From Candidatus Dormiibacterota bacterium (lineage in GTDB: Bacteria; Chloroflexota; Dormibacteria; Aeolococcales; Aeolococcaceae): a stretch of 64,000 nt of DNA. Numbering within the stretch: the first letter of the stretch is position 1; each line of letters opens with the position of its first letter. Under the pieces are notes generated by a model. It searched no databases and was not told the origin of the DNA. It saw only the letters and a program-made list of their open reading frames with translations. The stretch is from NCBI GenBank assembly GCA_963850385.1, contig CAWKKS010000001.1, positions 1,209,551 to 1,273,550 of the forward strand. Direction: 5' to 3'. Shown one piece after another: positions 55,747-64,000 of this stretch. A program made the position numbers and the translations under genes.

Positions 55747-56798
55747 CCCTGGCTCACGAAGCGCACGTCGTTGTCGTACAGCAGGCGGCCATCCTCGATG
55801 CCGTAGCTGAGCATCGCGATGCGTTCCACGCCCATGCCGAACGCGAACCCGCTGTAGCGGTGTGGGTCCACCCCGCCGTTGCGGAGCACGTTGGGGTGAA
55901 CCATGCCGCCGCCGAGGACCTCGAGCCAGCCGCTCCCCTTGCACAGCCGGCAGCCGTCACCGCCGCAGACGGCGCAGGAGACATCGAGCTCGATGGACGG
56001 CTCGGTGAACTCGAAGTGGTGGGGACGCAGGCGGATGGCGCGGTCGACGCCGAAGGTCGACCGAGCGAAGAACTCGAGCGTGCCCTTCAGGTCGCTCAAG
56101 GCGATGCCCTGGTCGATGCACATCCCCTCGACCTGGAAGAACATCGGGAAGTGCGTGGCATCGTAGTCGCGCCGGTACGCCTTGCCGGGGACGATGATCC
56201 TCTGGGGCGCCCCCCTGATCACCATGCTGCGCACCTGCACGGGCGAGGTGTGGGTGCGCAGCAGGCGGTCGTCGTCGATGAAGAACGTGTCCTGGGTGTC
56301 GCGTGAATGATGCCCGGGCGGCATGTTCACCAGCGTGAAGTTGTAGCGGTCGTACTCGACCTCGGGGCCGCCGACGGCGACGTAGCCGAGCTGAGCGAAG
56401 ATCCGGCGGACGTCGCGGAACACGCGGCTCACCGGGTGGAGATGCCCGCGGCGCAGGGGCGGTGGCGGCCAGGTGAGGTCGACGGCCTCGGCGTCGCCGC
56501 CCCCGGCCTGGCCAAGCGCCGCGCGTCGCTCCTCGAGCGCCTCGGTCACGCGTCCGATCACCGCGTTGACCGCCTGCCCCACGGCGCGCTTGGCCTCGGC
56601 GTCCGCGATGGCGCCGATGCCCCTGCGAATGACGGTGAGCAGGCCGTCACCGCGCCCGAGGTAGCGGGAGCGGACATCCTCGAGGGTGCGCAGGTCGGTG
56701 GCGGCGGCGATCTCGTCCTGGGCGCGCGCGCCCACCGAGTGGACATCGGCGCCACCGGTTTGGCCTGGTCGGGCCGGCTTGCCGCGGTCGCTGGTCAC
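55743..56798 (-). CDS. pheS: phenylalanine--tRNA ligase alpha subunit
   Basis: Class II motifs (HPVSRV.., [32 protein letters not shown]). Confidence 0.92.
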
Positions 56799-57157
56799 GC
56801 CGTCGTCAGAGCGCCCCGGGCCACCTCGACGAGCTGGGTGAAGGACGCGGAGTCCTCGACGGCGAGGTCGGCGAGCATCTTGCGGTTGATGTCGATGCCG
56901 GCGTTCTTCAGCCCGTGCATGAACTGGCTGTAGGCCAGCCCGTTCTGTCGCGCCGCGGCGTTGATGCGGGTGATCCAGAGTGCGCGCATGTCGCCCTTGC
57001 GGAGCTTGCGGTCGCGGTACTGGTAGGACAGCGAGTGCATGACCGCTTCGTTGGCGGCCTTGAACAGCAGCCGACGGTCACCTTGCATCCCCTCGGCAAG
57101 CTCGAGGATCTTCTTGTGACGGGCACGCGCGGTGACCCCTCTCTTGACTCTCGCCAT
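56795..57157 (-). CDS. rplT: 50S ribosomal protein L20
   Basis: [23 protein letters not shown]...[22 protein letters not shown]. Confidence 0.95.
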   Translation of the reverse strand: MARVKRGVTARARHKKILELAEGMQGDRRLLFKAANEAVMHSLSYQYRDRKLRKGDMRALWITRINAAARQNGLAYSQFMHGLKNAGIDINRKMLADLAVEDSASFTQLVEVARGALTTA

Positions 57158-57172
57158 GGTGCCTCCTCCCGC

Positions 57173-57370
57173 CTACAGGTACGGTGCCAGTCGGCGCACG
57201 TTCTTCACGTCGGCCGCGGACACCGGGTGCTGCATGTTCATGACGCGCTTGCGCTTGCTGCTCTTGTGCTCGAGCATGTGAGACTTGAAGGCCTTGCGGC
57301 GCATCACCTTGCCCGTGCTGGTGACGCGGAAGCGCTTCTGCGTCGCCTTATGCGTCCGGATCTTTGGCAT
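57173..57370 (-). CDS. rpmI: 50S ribosomal protein L35
   Basis: MPKIRTHKATQKRFRVTSTGKVMRRKAFKSHML, 65 aa. GGAGGGGAG lies upstream of ATG 57370. The longer ORF-track form is rejected. Confidence 0.93.
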   Translation of the reverse strand: MPKIRTHKATQKRFRVTSTGKVMRRKAFKSHMLEHKSSKRKRVMNMQHPVSAADVKNVRRLAPYL

Positions 57371-58187
57371 TTGCTCCCCTCCGCGGCTGGGCGGTCTTCT
57401 TCTCGGTGCTGGTGACCCGGGTGCGCTTGACAGCCGCCTTGGGGGGCGCCTCCGCCGGGGCCTGGCCTGGTGTCGCGAGCCCCTCGTCGGCCTGAGGCGG
57501 GGACTCGGTCTCTGTGGCTGCCGTCGCGGCGGGTCGATCGGGCTCGGCGGTGGTCGCCGCGGCCGGCGCCACCGTGGCGGGCTCCGCCACGGCCGTGGCC
57601 GCGCCATTGCCCGTGCCCCGGGTGTCAGCGTGGTGCCGGTCCTCGTGAGGGCGGTCGCCGCGCGCCTGCTTCTTGGTCGTCGGGCTCAGGATCATGATCA
57701 TGTTCCGTCCCTCGACGAGCGGGGATCGTTCGATGATCGCGAGCTCGCTGAGCTCCTCGGTCATGCGATCGAGCAGCTTGCGGCCGAACTCCTGGTGGAC
57801 CATCTCCCGTCCGCGGAACATGATCGTGAGCTTGACCTTGTCGCCCTCGCCGAGGAACTGCTTCACCTTCGCCAGCTTGGTGCGGAAGTCGTGGTCCGAG
57901 ATCTTCGGGCGCAGCTTCTGCTCCTTGAGCTGGACGACGTTGTGGTCCCTGCGGCTGTCCTTCTCCCGCTTCAGGGCCTCGAACTTGAACCGTCCGTAAT
58001 CCATCAGCCGGCATACCGGCGGCTGCGCCAGCGGTGCCACCTCGACGAGGTCGAGGCCGCGGTCCACGGCGAGCTGACGGGCTGTGTCGATGGGGACGAT
58101 TCCGAGCGCTTCATCGGTGGTGTCGTCGAAGAGACGCACCTGCGGGATTCGGATCTGCTCGTTGATCCTCAACTCTCGGAAGGCGAT
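57348..58187 (-). CDS. infC: translation initiation factor IF-3 with non-canonical ATC start and about 100-aa low-complexity C-terminal tail
   Basis: IAFRELRINEQIRIPQVRLFDD...KLTIMFRGREMVHQEFG...EGRNMIMILSP. GGAGG lies 9 nt before the in-frame ATC at 58187. The tail is Pro/Ala/Thr/Lys-rich and overlaps rpmI by 23 nt. Confidence 0.85.
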   Translation of the reverse strand: MAFRELRINEQIRIPQVRLFDDTTDEALGIVPIDTARQLAVDRGLDLVEVAPLAQPPVCRLMDYGRFKFEALKREKDSRRDHNVVQLKEQKLRPKISDHDFRTKLAKVKQFLGEGDKVKLTIMFRGREMVHQEFGRKLLDRMTEELSELAIIERSPLVEGRNMIMILSPTTKKQARGDRPHEDRHHADTRGTGNGAATAVAEPATVAPAAATTAEPDRPAATAATETESPPQADEGLATPGQAPAEAPPKAAVKRTRVTSTEKKTAQPRRGANAKDPDA

Positions 58188-58204
58188 GGGTGGAAACCTC
58201 CAAC

Positions 58205-58237
58205 AAAAAAACCTGGACAGCGATTCCGCTATCCAGG
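58205..58237 (-). terminator. intrinsic terminator/attenuator immediately upstream of the infC SD (L20-leader-like position)
   Basis: The minus strand reads CCUGGAUAGCG-GAAU-CGCUGUCCAGG (11-bp stem, one G-U), then UUUUUUU, then GUUGGAGG. Confidence 0.6.
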
Positions 58238-58344
58238 CATCGGTCCGATCTGGACCTCCAAGGCGAACCCGGAAGGTGGGGTCCGCTGTGCACGGGCCCT
58301 CTTGACGGCGCCACGTCGGCGTCCGGTGAGCGAGCATACCACGC

Positions 58345-59073
58345 TCATGACGCCCCCACTCCCCGGCGTCGCCGGGCGTGGAGGAGCATCTCCCGAGCCC
58401 CGTGGGCGCCGGTGACCGGGGAATCGATCGAGGCCTGCACGTCCCAGCCCGCGGCGGTGACGCCCTCGGTCGCTGCCCGCAGCGCCGCGTCGAGGCTGGC
58501 TCGGTCTGTCGGCGCCGTGGCAGCGCGCAGCTCGAACATCGGCTTGACCAAGGCCACCAGCTGTGCGTCGACGGCCAGCGCGATGCGGTCGAGCTGGGCC
58601 GAGGCCCGCGCGACGCTGAGGTAGGAGACGTCGATGCTGACCACGTCGATCGTCTCGGGCACCAGGACGGCGTCGAGCTCGGCGACGTTGACCGACTCGA
58701 GGTTGACCACGCGCTGATGCTGTCGGAGTGAGCCGAGCAGCTGGCCGTGGCCGGCATCGACCGCATACACGAGACGGGCCCCGGCCTCGAGCAGCACGGT
58801 GGTGAAACCTCCCGCCGCGGCACCGATGTCGAGCGCCACCTGGCCGTTGACGTCCACGGCGAAGGCCTCGAGCGCGGCGCGGAGCTTGGCGGACCCACGC
58901 AGCGTGGTGAGCGGTCGCCGGGTGACCCGTGCGCCCGCGCGCAGCCGGCGCCGCGGGCTGGTCACCGGGATGCCGTCCACCAGCACCTCCCCAGCCTCGA
59001 TCAGGCGTTCAGGATCGTCGCCCGGGAACAGCGCACCAACGGCCTGGATCAGCCAGCGCCCCTTGGGCTGCAC
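58345..59073 (-). CDS. tlyA: TlyA-family rRNA 2'-O-methyltransferase
   Basis: S4-like N-terminus (GEVLVDGIPV) and the FtsJ-type SAM site ALDIGAAAGGFT. Confidence 0.85.
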   Translation of the reverse strand: MQPKGRWLIQAVGALFPGDDPERLIEAGEVLVDGIPVTSPRRRLRAGARVTRRPLTTLRGSAKLRAALEAFAVDVNGQVALDIGAAAGGFTTVLLEAGARLVYAVDAGHGQLLGSLRQHQRVVNLESVNVAELDAVLVPETIDVVSIDVSYLSVARASAQLDRIALAVDAQLVALVKPMFELRAATAPTDRASLDAALRAATEGVTAAGWDVQASIDSPVTGAHGAREMLLHARRRRGVGAS

Positions 59074-60885
59074 TCAGCCGTTCGAGCGCGACGCCGCTTC
59101 GTCCAGCAGCCGGCTGACGAGCTCGTCCGCGGGGACACTCTCCTGGGTCCCCCCTCGGGTGGAGCGGACATTGACCACACCGTCGCCGCGCTCGAGGTCG
59201 CGACGCCCGACCACGGCGATGTAGGGCACCTTGCGCAGCTCGGCGTCACGGATGCGCGCCTGCATGCGTTCTCCCGGCTTGTCGTTCACCTCGGCGCGCA
59301 ATCCCGCGCCGCGCATCCGGTCGCGCAGGCCGATGGCGTAATCGATCACCTCCGGAGCGTCGTCCTGCACCGGCACGATCTCACACTGCACGGGCGCCAG
59401 CCACACCGGGAAGTGCCCGGCGTAGTGCTCGATGAGGATGCCGATGAACCTCTCCAGCGAACCCAGCAGGGCTCGGTGGATCACCACCGGCGTGTGGTCC
59501 TCGCCATCGTCGCCGACGTAGGTGAGCCCGAACCGGGCGGGCATCTGGTAGTCGAGCTGAATGGTCCCCATCTGCCACGACCGTCCCAGCGAATCGGTCA
59601 TGTGCAGGTCGATCTTGGGACCGTAGAAGGTTCCCTCGCCCGGCGAGATGACGTACTCCATGCCGTGGCGCTTGAGGGCGTCCTCCAGGGCCGCCTCGGC
59701 CTCGTCCCACTGCGTTTCTGAGCCGAGCCGTTTCTCCGGGCGTGTCGACAGCTCAGCGCGCGGTTGCACGCCCAGCATCGCGTAGAGGTGGTTCGCGTAC
59801 TCGACGATGCCGTGGATCTCGTCCTGGACCTGGTCGGCCGTGCAGAAGATGTGCGCGTCATCCTGGGTGATGTGGCGCACCCGCAACAGCCCATGCAGGG
59901 TGCCGCTGCGCTCGTCGCGGTGGAGCGTGGACGACTCCGCGTACCGGATCGGCAGCTCGCGGTAGCTGCGCAATCCTGTCCCGAACAGGAGCATGTGGCC
60001 CGGGCAGTTCATCGGCTTCAGGGCGAGCTGGTTGTGCTCATCCCGCGACGAGACGAAGAAGATGTTCTCCGCGTAGTTTTCGTAGTGACCCGAGGTCCTG
60101 TAGGTGTCGATGTCGAACAGCAGCGGCGTCTTGACCTCGAGGTAGCCGCGTCTGCGGTTCTCGTCGCGACGCACGTCCTCCAGGGTGTTCCAGATGATCA
60201 TCCCGTTGGGATGCCAGAACGGGGAGCCGGGCGAGTGCTCGGAGACGTGGAACAGGTCGAGCTCGGCCCCCAGCCGCCGGTGGTCGCGCCGCCGCGCCTC
60301 CTCGCGTTGCTTGATGAACGCCTCCAACTGTTCGCGTTCGAAGAACGCGGTGCCGTACACGCGCTGCAGTTGCTCGTTGCGCTCGTCGCCCCGCCAGTAG
60401 ACGCCGGCGACTCGCAGCAGGCGCACCGCACGCAGGTGACCACTGTGGGGGACATGGGGGCCGCGGCAGAGGTCGATGAACGCGCCGGTGCGGTACACAC
60501 CAACGTTCTCGACGTCCTCGCCCATCCGGTCGATGATCTCCACCTTGAAGCGCTGGCCGATCCCGGTGAACAGCTCGCGCGCGTCCTCGCGTGACAGGAT
60601 CTCGCGCTCGAAGGGGATGCGTCGTTTGGCCAGGTCCCTCATCCTCGCCTCGATGCGCTCGAGGTCGGCCTCGCTGAAGTGAGCGCCGTCGGCGAGGCGG
60701 AAGTTGTAGAAGAAGCCCTCCTCGGTGGCCGGCCCGACGTCGTACTGGGCCCCCTCGAACAGCTCGGTGACAGCGGCTGCCATGAGGTGCGCGGCGCTGT
60801 GGCGGAGGATGTCGAGGGTCAGCTCGGCGGGGACCTCCAGGGGCAGACCCGCTTCAGCGGCGTCGTCGACGAGCTCGTCAACCAT
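59074..60885 (-). CDS. thrS: threonine--tRNA ligase (no N-terminal TGS domain)
   Basis: The editing domain starts at aa about 28 (RHSAAHLMAAAV). Motifs MCRGPH-like CRGPHV, AYWRGD, RDHRRLG, the class II core and an anticodon-binding domain are present. Confidence 0.93.
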   Translation of the reverse strand: MVDELVDDAAEAGLPLEVPAELTLDILRHSAAHLMAAAVTELFEGAQYDVGPATEEGFFYNFRLADGAHFSEADLERIEARMRDLAKRRIPFEREILSREDARELFTGIGQRFKVEIIDRMGEDVENVGVYRTGAFIDLCRGPHVPHSGHLRAVRLLRVAGVYWRGDERNEQLQRVYGTAFFEREQLEAFIKQREEARRRDHRRLGAELDLFHVSEHSPGSPFWHPNGMIIWNTLEDVRRDENRRRGYLEVKTPLLFDIDTYRTSGHYENYAENIFFVSSRDEHNQLALKPMNCPGHMLLFGTGLRSYRELPIRYAESSTLHRDERSGTLHGLLRVRHITQDDAHIFCTADQVQDEIHGIVEYANHLYAMLGVQPRAELSTRPEKRLGSETQWDEAEAALEDALKRHGMEYVISPGEGTFYGPKIDLHMTDSLGRSWQMGTIQLDYQMPARFGLTYVGDDGEDHTPVVIHRALLGSLERFIGILIEHYAGHFPVWLAPVQCEIVPVQDDAPEVIDYAIGLRDRMRGAGLRAEVNDKPGERMQARIRDAELRKVPYIAVVGRRDLERGDGVVNVRSTRGGTQESVPADELVSRLLDEAASRSNG

Positions 60886-60936
60886 GGCCGCGAATTGTAG
60901 ATGCGACTGGGGATTTCCAGCGCCCCGGCCCTACGG

Positions 60937-61377
60937 TCAGCTGCAGAGGCGCGACATTCCCCGTGGCACGTCCTCTCGTCCCTCGGAGATGCGCGAGATC
61001 GCAGCCTCCGGGTTGTTGGCCGCGTACAGGCTGAAATTGAGCTGGCGTGTCATCGGCAGCACGCGCCGGTTGCGCTGCGCGGACTGACGGATGCGCGCGT
61101 GGCGCTCCGGGTCGAGAGAGCAGCAACGCACACTGCAGTACTTCGCGGTCGCCTTCTTGACCGGGGCGGTGCATCCGCGGCGGGCGCAGATCCGGCGCGG
61201 TGCGGTCGCGTGCGCGCGGAGTTCGCGATCGGATGCCACGGGCCGGAGTGTACGGCCGCCATCCACGGCACTGTCAACGGGCCGCGGCGGCCTGGTGGCG
61301 CGCTGCACGGTGACGCGAACGCAGCGCTCGCCTGTGAAAAGTGTGGACAACTGCATCAGGTCGCTGTGGACATCCAT
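60937..61377 (-). CDS. hypothetical protein with FCS-like zinc-ribbon (C-x4-C-x12-YCSVRCC)
   Basis: RICARRGCTAPVKKATAKYCSVRCCSLDPERHARI. GC3 bias is acceptable in the C-terminal two-thirds. The N-terminal extent is uncertain. Confidence 0.5.
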   Translation of the reverse strand: MDVHSDLMQLSTLFTGERCVRVTVQRATRPPRPVDSAVDGGRTLRPVASDRELRAHATAPRRICARRGCTAPVKKATAKYCSVRCCSLDPERHARIRQSAQRNRRVLPMTRQLNFSLYAANNPEAAISRISEGREDVPRGMSRLCS

Positions 61378-61484
61378 GCCCGTCCTGTGCGCAACGTGTG
61401 CATTGTCGCGCCCTGAGCAACTTCTTAAGGAATCGGCAGCCGTTCGTGGGGTCGCAACGGGGCCTGCCGGCCCAGGGCGCGGCG

Positions 61485-61561
61485 TGGTGGGCGCAATAGG
61501 GATCGAACCTATGACCTCTGCGATGTCAACGCAGCGCTCGTACCAACTGAGCTATGCGCCC
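61485..61561 (-). tRNA. tRNA-Val (anticodon GAC), CCA encoded
   Basis: Hand fold: acceptor GGGCGCA/UGCGCCC, D arm GCUC..GAGC, anticodon stem CUGCG/CGCAG with loop UUGACAU, T arm AUAGG-UUCGAUC-CCUAU, discriminator A plus CCA. Total 77 nt. Confidence 0.95.
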
Positions 61562-61615
61562 GCGCGCGTCGGCGCCGCGATGATACCAGCCGTGGCCCGA
61601 GGCCCCGACGTGGGA

Positions 61616-61801
61616 CTAGACGCGCGCCTTGCGCGCGCGGCCGACGCTCTTCTGGGCCGTGGAGAGGTCGTCAGCGGTGACCTCGACCCGGAGGATCCCC
61701 TCGCAGTCGTGACAGACGACGTGGAACGCCTCGGGCCGCCCGATCGGCCGCGCCACCGCCTGCCGGTGTCCGCAGCACTCGCACGTGACTATGGCCCGCA
61801 T
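61616..61801 (-). CDS. small hypothetical zinc-ribbon protein (CxxC ... CxxC)
   Basis: MRAIVTCECCGHRQAVARPIGRPEAFHVVCHDCEGILRVEVTADDL.., 61 aa from ATG 61801. Confidence 0.45.
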   Translation of the reverse strand: MRAIVTCECCGHRQAVARPIGRPEAFHVVCHDCEGILRVEVTADDLSTAQKSVGRARKARV

Positions 61802-61924
61802 CTCGTCCTCTCCCGCGTTCACGGCATGCCCTCTGGGGGTGCGGGCGAGCATTCCACCGACGGGGCGCGAGCAGAGGAAGATGATGGCTTCGCGACCGCG
61901 TCGTTGCAGAGCCGCGACGCGGCC

Positions 61925-63316
61925 CTAGTGGGGCGCGCTCGCCGGCACGTCGAGGACCGCGAGTTGCCGCCAGAACACGGTCCGGGCGCCGATGGCGCCA
62001 AGCAGGATGATCGCGCCAAGTCCGGCCACAACGCCGGCGACCCCGACGGCGTCGGCGATGATCCCCGCCACCAAGAGCGGGATGGCCACGGCGGCGTTGA
62101 TGACCGCGAAGATGCCGCCGAAGATCCGTCCGCGGGACTCCTCGTCGGTACGCTCCTGGAGGACCGTGAACGCGGGGATGAGCAGCGCGCCCAGGGCGCA
62201 GCCGAACACCGCGCTGAGCACCAGCACCAGCGGGATCACCGCGCCCTCCGCACCGAGTGTGCGCAGCAGCGGTGGCGTGAGACCGACCGCGGCCAGCGAT
62301 GCCCCGGCCACTGCGAGGGCGACGACCAGGGTCAGCGCCTTCGAGAGCCGGCCGGCGGCGGGTTGGGCGAGCACGGCGGCCATGCCGACCAGCCCGAGGG
62401 TTGCCGGGATCAGCACCAGGTACGTGTCCTGGTCGCTGCGGTGCAGCTCGCGCACCATGAACACCGGCCCGAGCGCGAACACGGTGAAGACGACGATCAG
62501 CGCGATCGCCAGCTGGTACAACCCGAGCCTGATCGCCGGGTTGCCGGCGATCAGGCTGATCCCCTCGCGCAGCTCGCGGCGGACACTGGCGGCACCCCCG
62601 GGGACCGTCCGTGCGGTGCGCAGTGGGGTGGAGATGCGCCAGATCGCCAGGGCGGCGAGCGCGAACAGCACCGTTGCGATGTAGAACGGCGCCCGTTCGC
62701 CCACCAGGCGGATCGCCAGCGTGGCCGCGGGCACGCCGAGCACCACGGTGAGGATGACCGTCGTCATGAAGAGCGAGGTGGCGCCCATGATCTGGTCGCG
62801 GTGGACCAGCGCCGGGATGCTGGCCGCCTCAGCCGGTGCGAAGAGCTGGCCCACCGAGCTGAAGAGGAGGGTGATCACGATCAGCGGCCACGCCTGGTTG
62901 CCCACCACCGGAAGCACCTGGATGATCGGGATGAGCAGGATGAGGACGCCGCGGACCGCGTTGGTGGCGATCATCAGGGTCCGCTTGTCGTGCCTGTCGG
63001 CGTACACCCCGGCGGGGGCGCTGAGGAAGACCGACGGCAGCGTGTACGCGATCATGAGCACCGATTGGATGGATGCCTTGTGGCTCACGTGGTAGACGAC
63101 GATGAGCAGCGTGAACATGAGGAACTTGTCGGCCAGCTGGCTCGCCGCCTGGGCCAGCCAGAGACTGCGGAAGTCGCGGCGCCGGAGCACCGCACGGAAA
63201 CCCTGGCGGTCTTCGGGGAGCGGTGGCACGGCGGTGCGCGCCGCGTGCAGGTGACGTCGTGACGCCGGTGGGGCGATCTCGTCTGCCGGCGGGAACGCGG
63301 TGGTTGGGTCGGTCAC
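61925..63316 (-). CDS. MFS transporter (EntS/DUF894-like)
   Basis: LRRRDFRSLWLAQAASQLADKF.. and GVYADRHDKRTLM.., with about 12 TM segments. GTG 63316 overlaps the rsmA stop (GTGA). Confidence 0.8.
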   Translation of the reverse strand: MTDPTTAFPPADEIAPPASRRHLHAARTAVPPLPEDRQGFRAVLRRRDFRSLWLAQAASQLADKFLMFTLLIVVYHVSHKASIQSVLMIAYTLPSVFLSAPAGVYADRHDKRTLMIATNAVRGVLILLIPIIQVLPVVGNQAWPLIVITLLFSSVGQLFAPAEAASIPALVHRDQIMGATSLFMTTVILTVVLGVPAATLAIRLVGERAPFYIATVLFALAALAIWRISTPLRTARTVPGGAASVRRELREGISLIAGNPAIRLGLYQLAIALIVVFTVFALGPVFMVRELHRSDQDTYLVLIPATLGLVGMAAVLAQPAAGRLSKALTLVVALAVAGASLAAVGLTPPLLRTLGAEGAVIPLVLVLSAVFGCALGALLIPAFTVLQERTDEESRGRIFGGIFAVINAAVAIPLLVAGIIADAVGVAGVVAGLGAIILLGAIGARTVFWRQLAVLDVPASAPH

Positions 63317-64000
63317 TGGTTGGCGGGAAGCGTACGGGCGGCGACGGCCACGCTGTGCCATTCGTCGAGGTCCAGCGTCCCGGGACGCCGGCCGGGGTCG
63401 ATACCAGCGGCCTCCAGCCACGACATGCCACGTGCCTCATCGCCACCGGCGGCGCGCGTGATGCCATGCCGCAGGGTCTTGCGGCGCATCTGGAACGCTG
63501 CCCTGGCGATGTCGATGACAACGGCACGCGATGCCGGGTCCAGTCGCGCCGACGGCTCGAGCTTGACGATGCTCGAGTGGACCGCGGGCGCCGGGTCGAA
63601 GCTGGCCGGGGCGACGTCGCGGACGCGCTCGACCGTGGCCACGCTGCGCACGGCGACGGTGGCCAGGCTCCACCCGCCGGCCGCGGCGGCGAGGCGGCCG
63701 GCCACCTCTCGCTGCACCAGGAACACCCCCCGGGCGGGCGGCTCGGCCAGCTCGAAGAGGCGCGTCAGCAGCGCGGTGGTGATGCTGTACGGAATGTTGC
63801 CGGCAGCCAGCCAGCGGCCCGTCAGGCCCAGCGCGGCCGGCACCACGCGCAGCGCATCGTCGCGGACCACCTCAACGTTGGGACGCGAGCGCTGGGTGAT
63901 GCGCGTGGCCGCCACGCAGCGCTCATCGACGTCGACCGCCACCACACGGTGCGCGCGGGCCGCCAGCTCACCGGTCAGCGTGCCCATCCCCGGTCCGACC
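63313..64000 (-). CDS. rsmA: 16S rRNA (adenine1518/1519-N6)-dimethyltransferase RsmA/KsgA (N-terminus beyond window)
   Basis: GPGMGTLTGELA.., VAVDVDERCV, GNIPYSITTALL, SFDPAPAVHSSIVKL. Confidence 0.88.
   Translation of the reverse strand, partial: VGPGMGTLTGELAARAHRVVAVDVDERCVAATRITQRSRPNVEVVRDDALRVVPAALGLTGRWLAAGNIPYSITTALLTRLFELAEPPARGVFLVQREVAGRLAAAAGGWSLATVAVRSVATVERVRDVAPASFDPAPAVHSSIVKLEPSARLDPASRAVVIDIARAAFQMRRKTLRHGITRAAGGDEARGMSWLEAAGIDPGRRPGTLDLDEWHSVAVAARTLPANQ

Noticed and set aside
57173-57607. 144-aa version of the L35 ORF.
   Set aside because: The N-terminal 79 aa are Pro/Arg-rich and overlap the infC tail. The canonical L35 begins at MPKIRTHK (57370) with its own SD.
60886-61484. 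Possible T-box leader upstream of thrS.
   Set aside because: No T-box sequence (GGGUGGUACCGCG-like) or specifier/terminator architecture was found. The region is largely occupied by a plausible zinc-ribbon ORF.
61378-61924. Integrated mobile element at tRNA-Val.
   Set aside because: No integrase, excisionase, direct repeat of the tRNA 3' end or compositional shift is visible in the window.

Overview
High-GC (about 70% by eye) bacterial chromosomal segment, densely packed, with almost every gene on the minus strand. It is dominated by housekeeping operons. In window order these are: lexA; miaB-mutS-mutL-miaA; spoVS and rny; recA-recX with pgsA-cinA; ftsK; rnj; asd; pnp and rpsO; ribF-truB-nrnA-rbfA-infB-ylxR-nusA-rimP; secDF-tgt-queA; ruvB-ruvA-ruvC-yebC; mpg; pheST-rplT-rpmI-infC; tlyA-thrS; tRNA-Val(GAC); rsmA. 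RNase Y and RNase J, SpoVS, fused SecDF and the gene order look Firmicutes-like despite the GC content, so the lineage could be Chloroflexota, deep Actinomycetota or similar. I cannot name the organism.

I recognised no CRISPR array, transposase, integrase or known defence system. Items worth a second look:
1. Six GAAC-N4-GT(T/A)(C/T) LexA-type operators at five promoters: a LysM-domain gene (two boxes), lexA, recA, ftsK and yebC-ruvCAB.
2. A split CarH/LitR-like module: a stand-alone AdoCbl photoreceptor domain, a MerR-PAS regulator and an ECF sigma factor.
3. pnp (twice) and rimP (once) are interrupted by frameshifts that each need exactly one nucleotide to be skipped, plus a fourth possible case at 30.08 kb. 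This is either systematic indel error or real decay.
4. yebC and ruvC form one continuous ORF with no stop codon between them.
5. The 437-nt mpg/yebC spacer contains what looks like an orphan plus-strand transcription unit (promoter, SD plus a 15-codon ORF, strong terminator).
6. A low-GC, apparently non-coding island lies between two orphan lipoprotein-like genes at 35.3-37.6 kb.
7. A DedA-RDD-ArsR triple-domain fusion.
8. infC has an ATC start, a terminator-type leader and a long tail overlapping rpmI.

All family calls come from motif recognition by eye. No searches were run.
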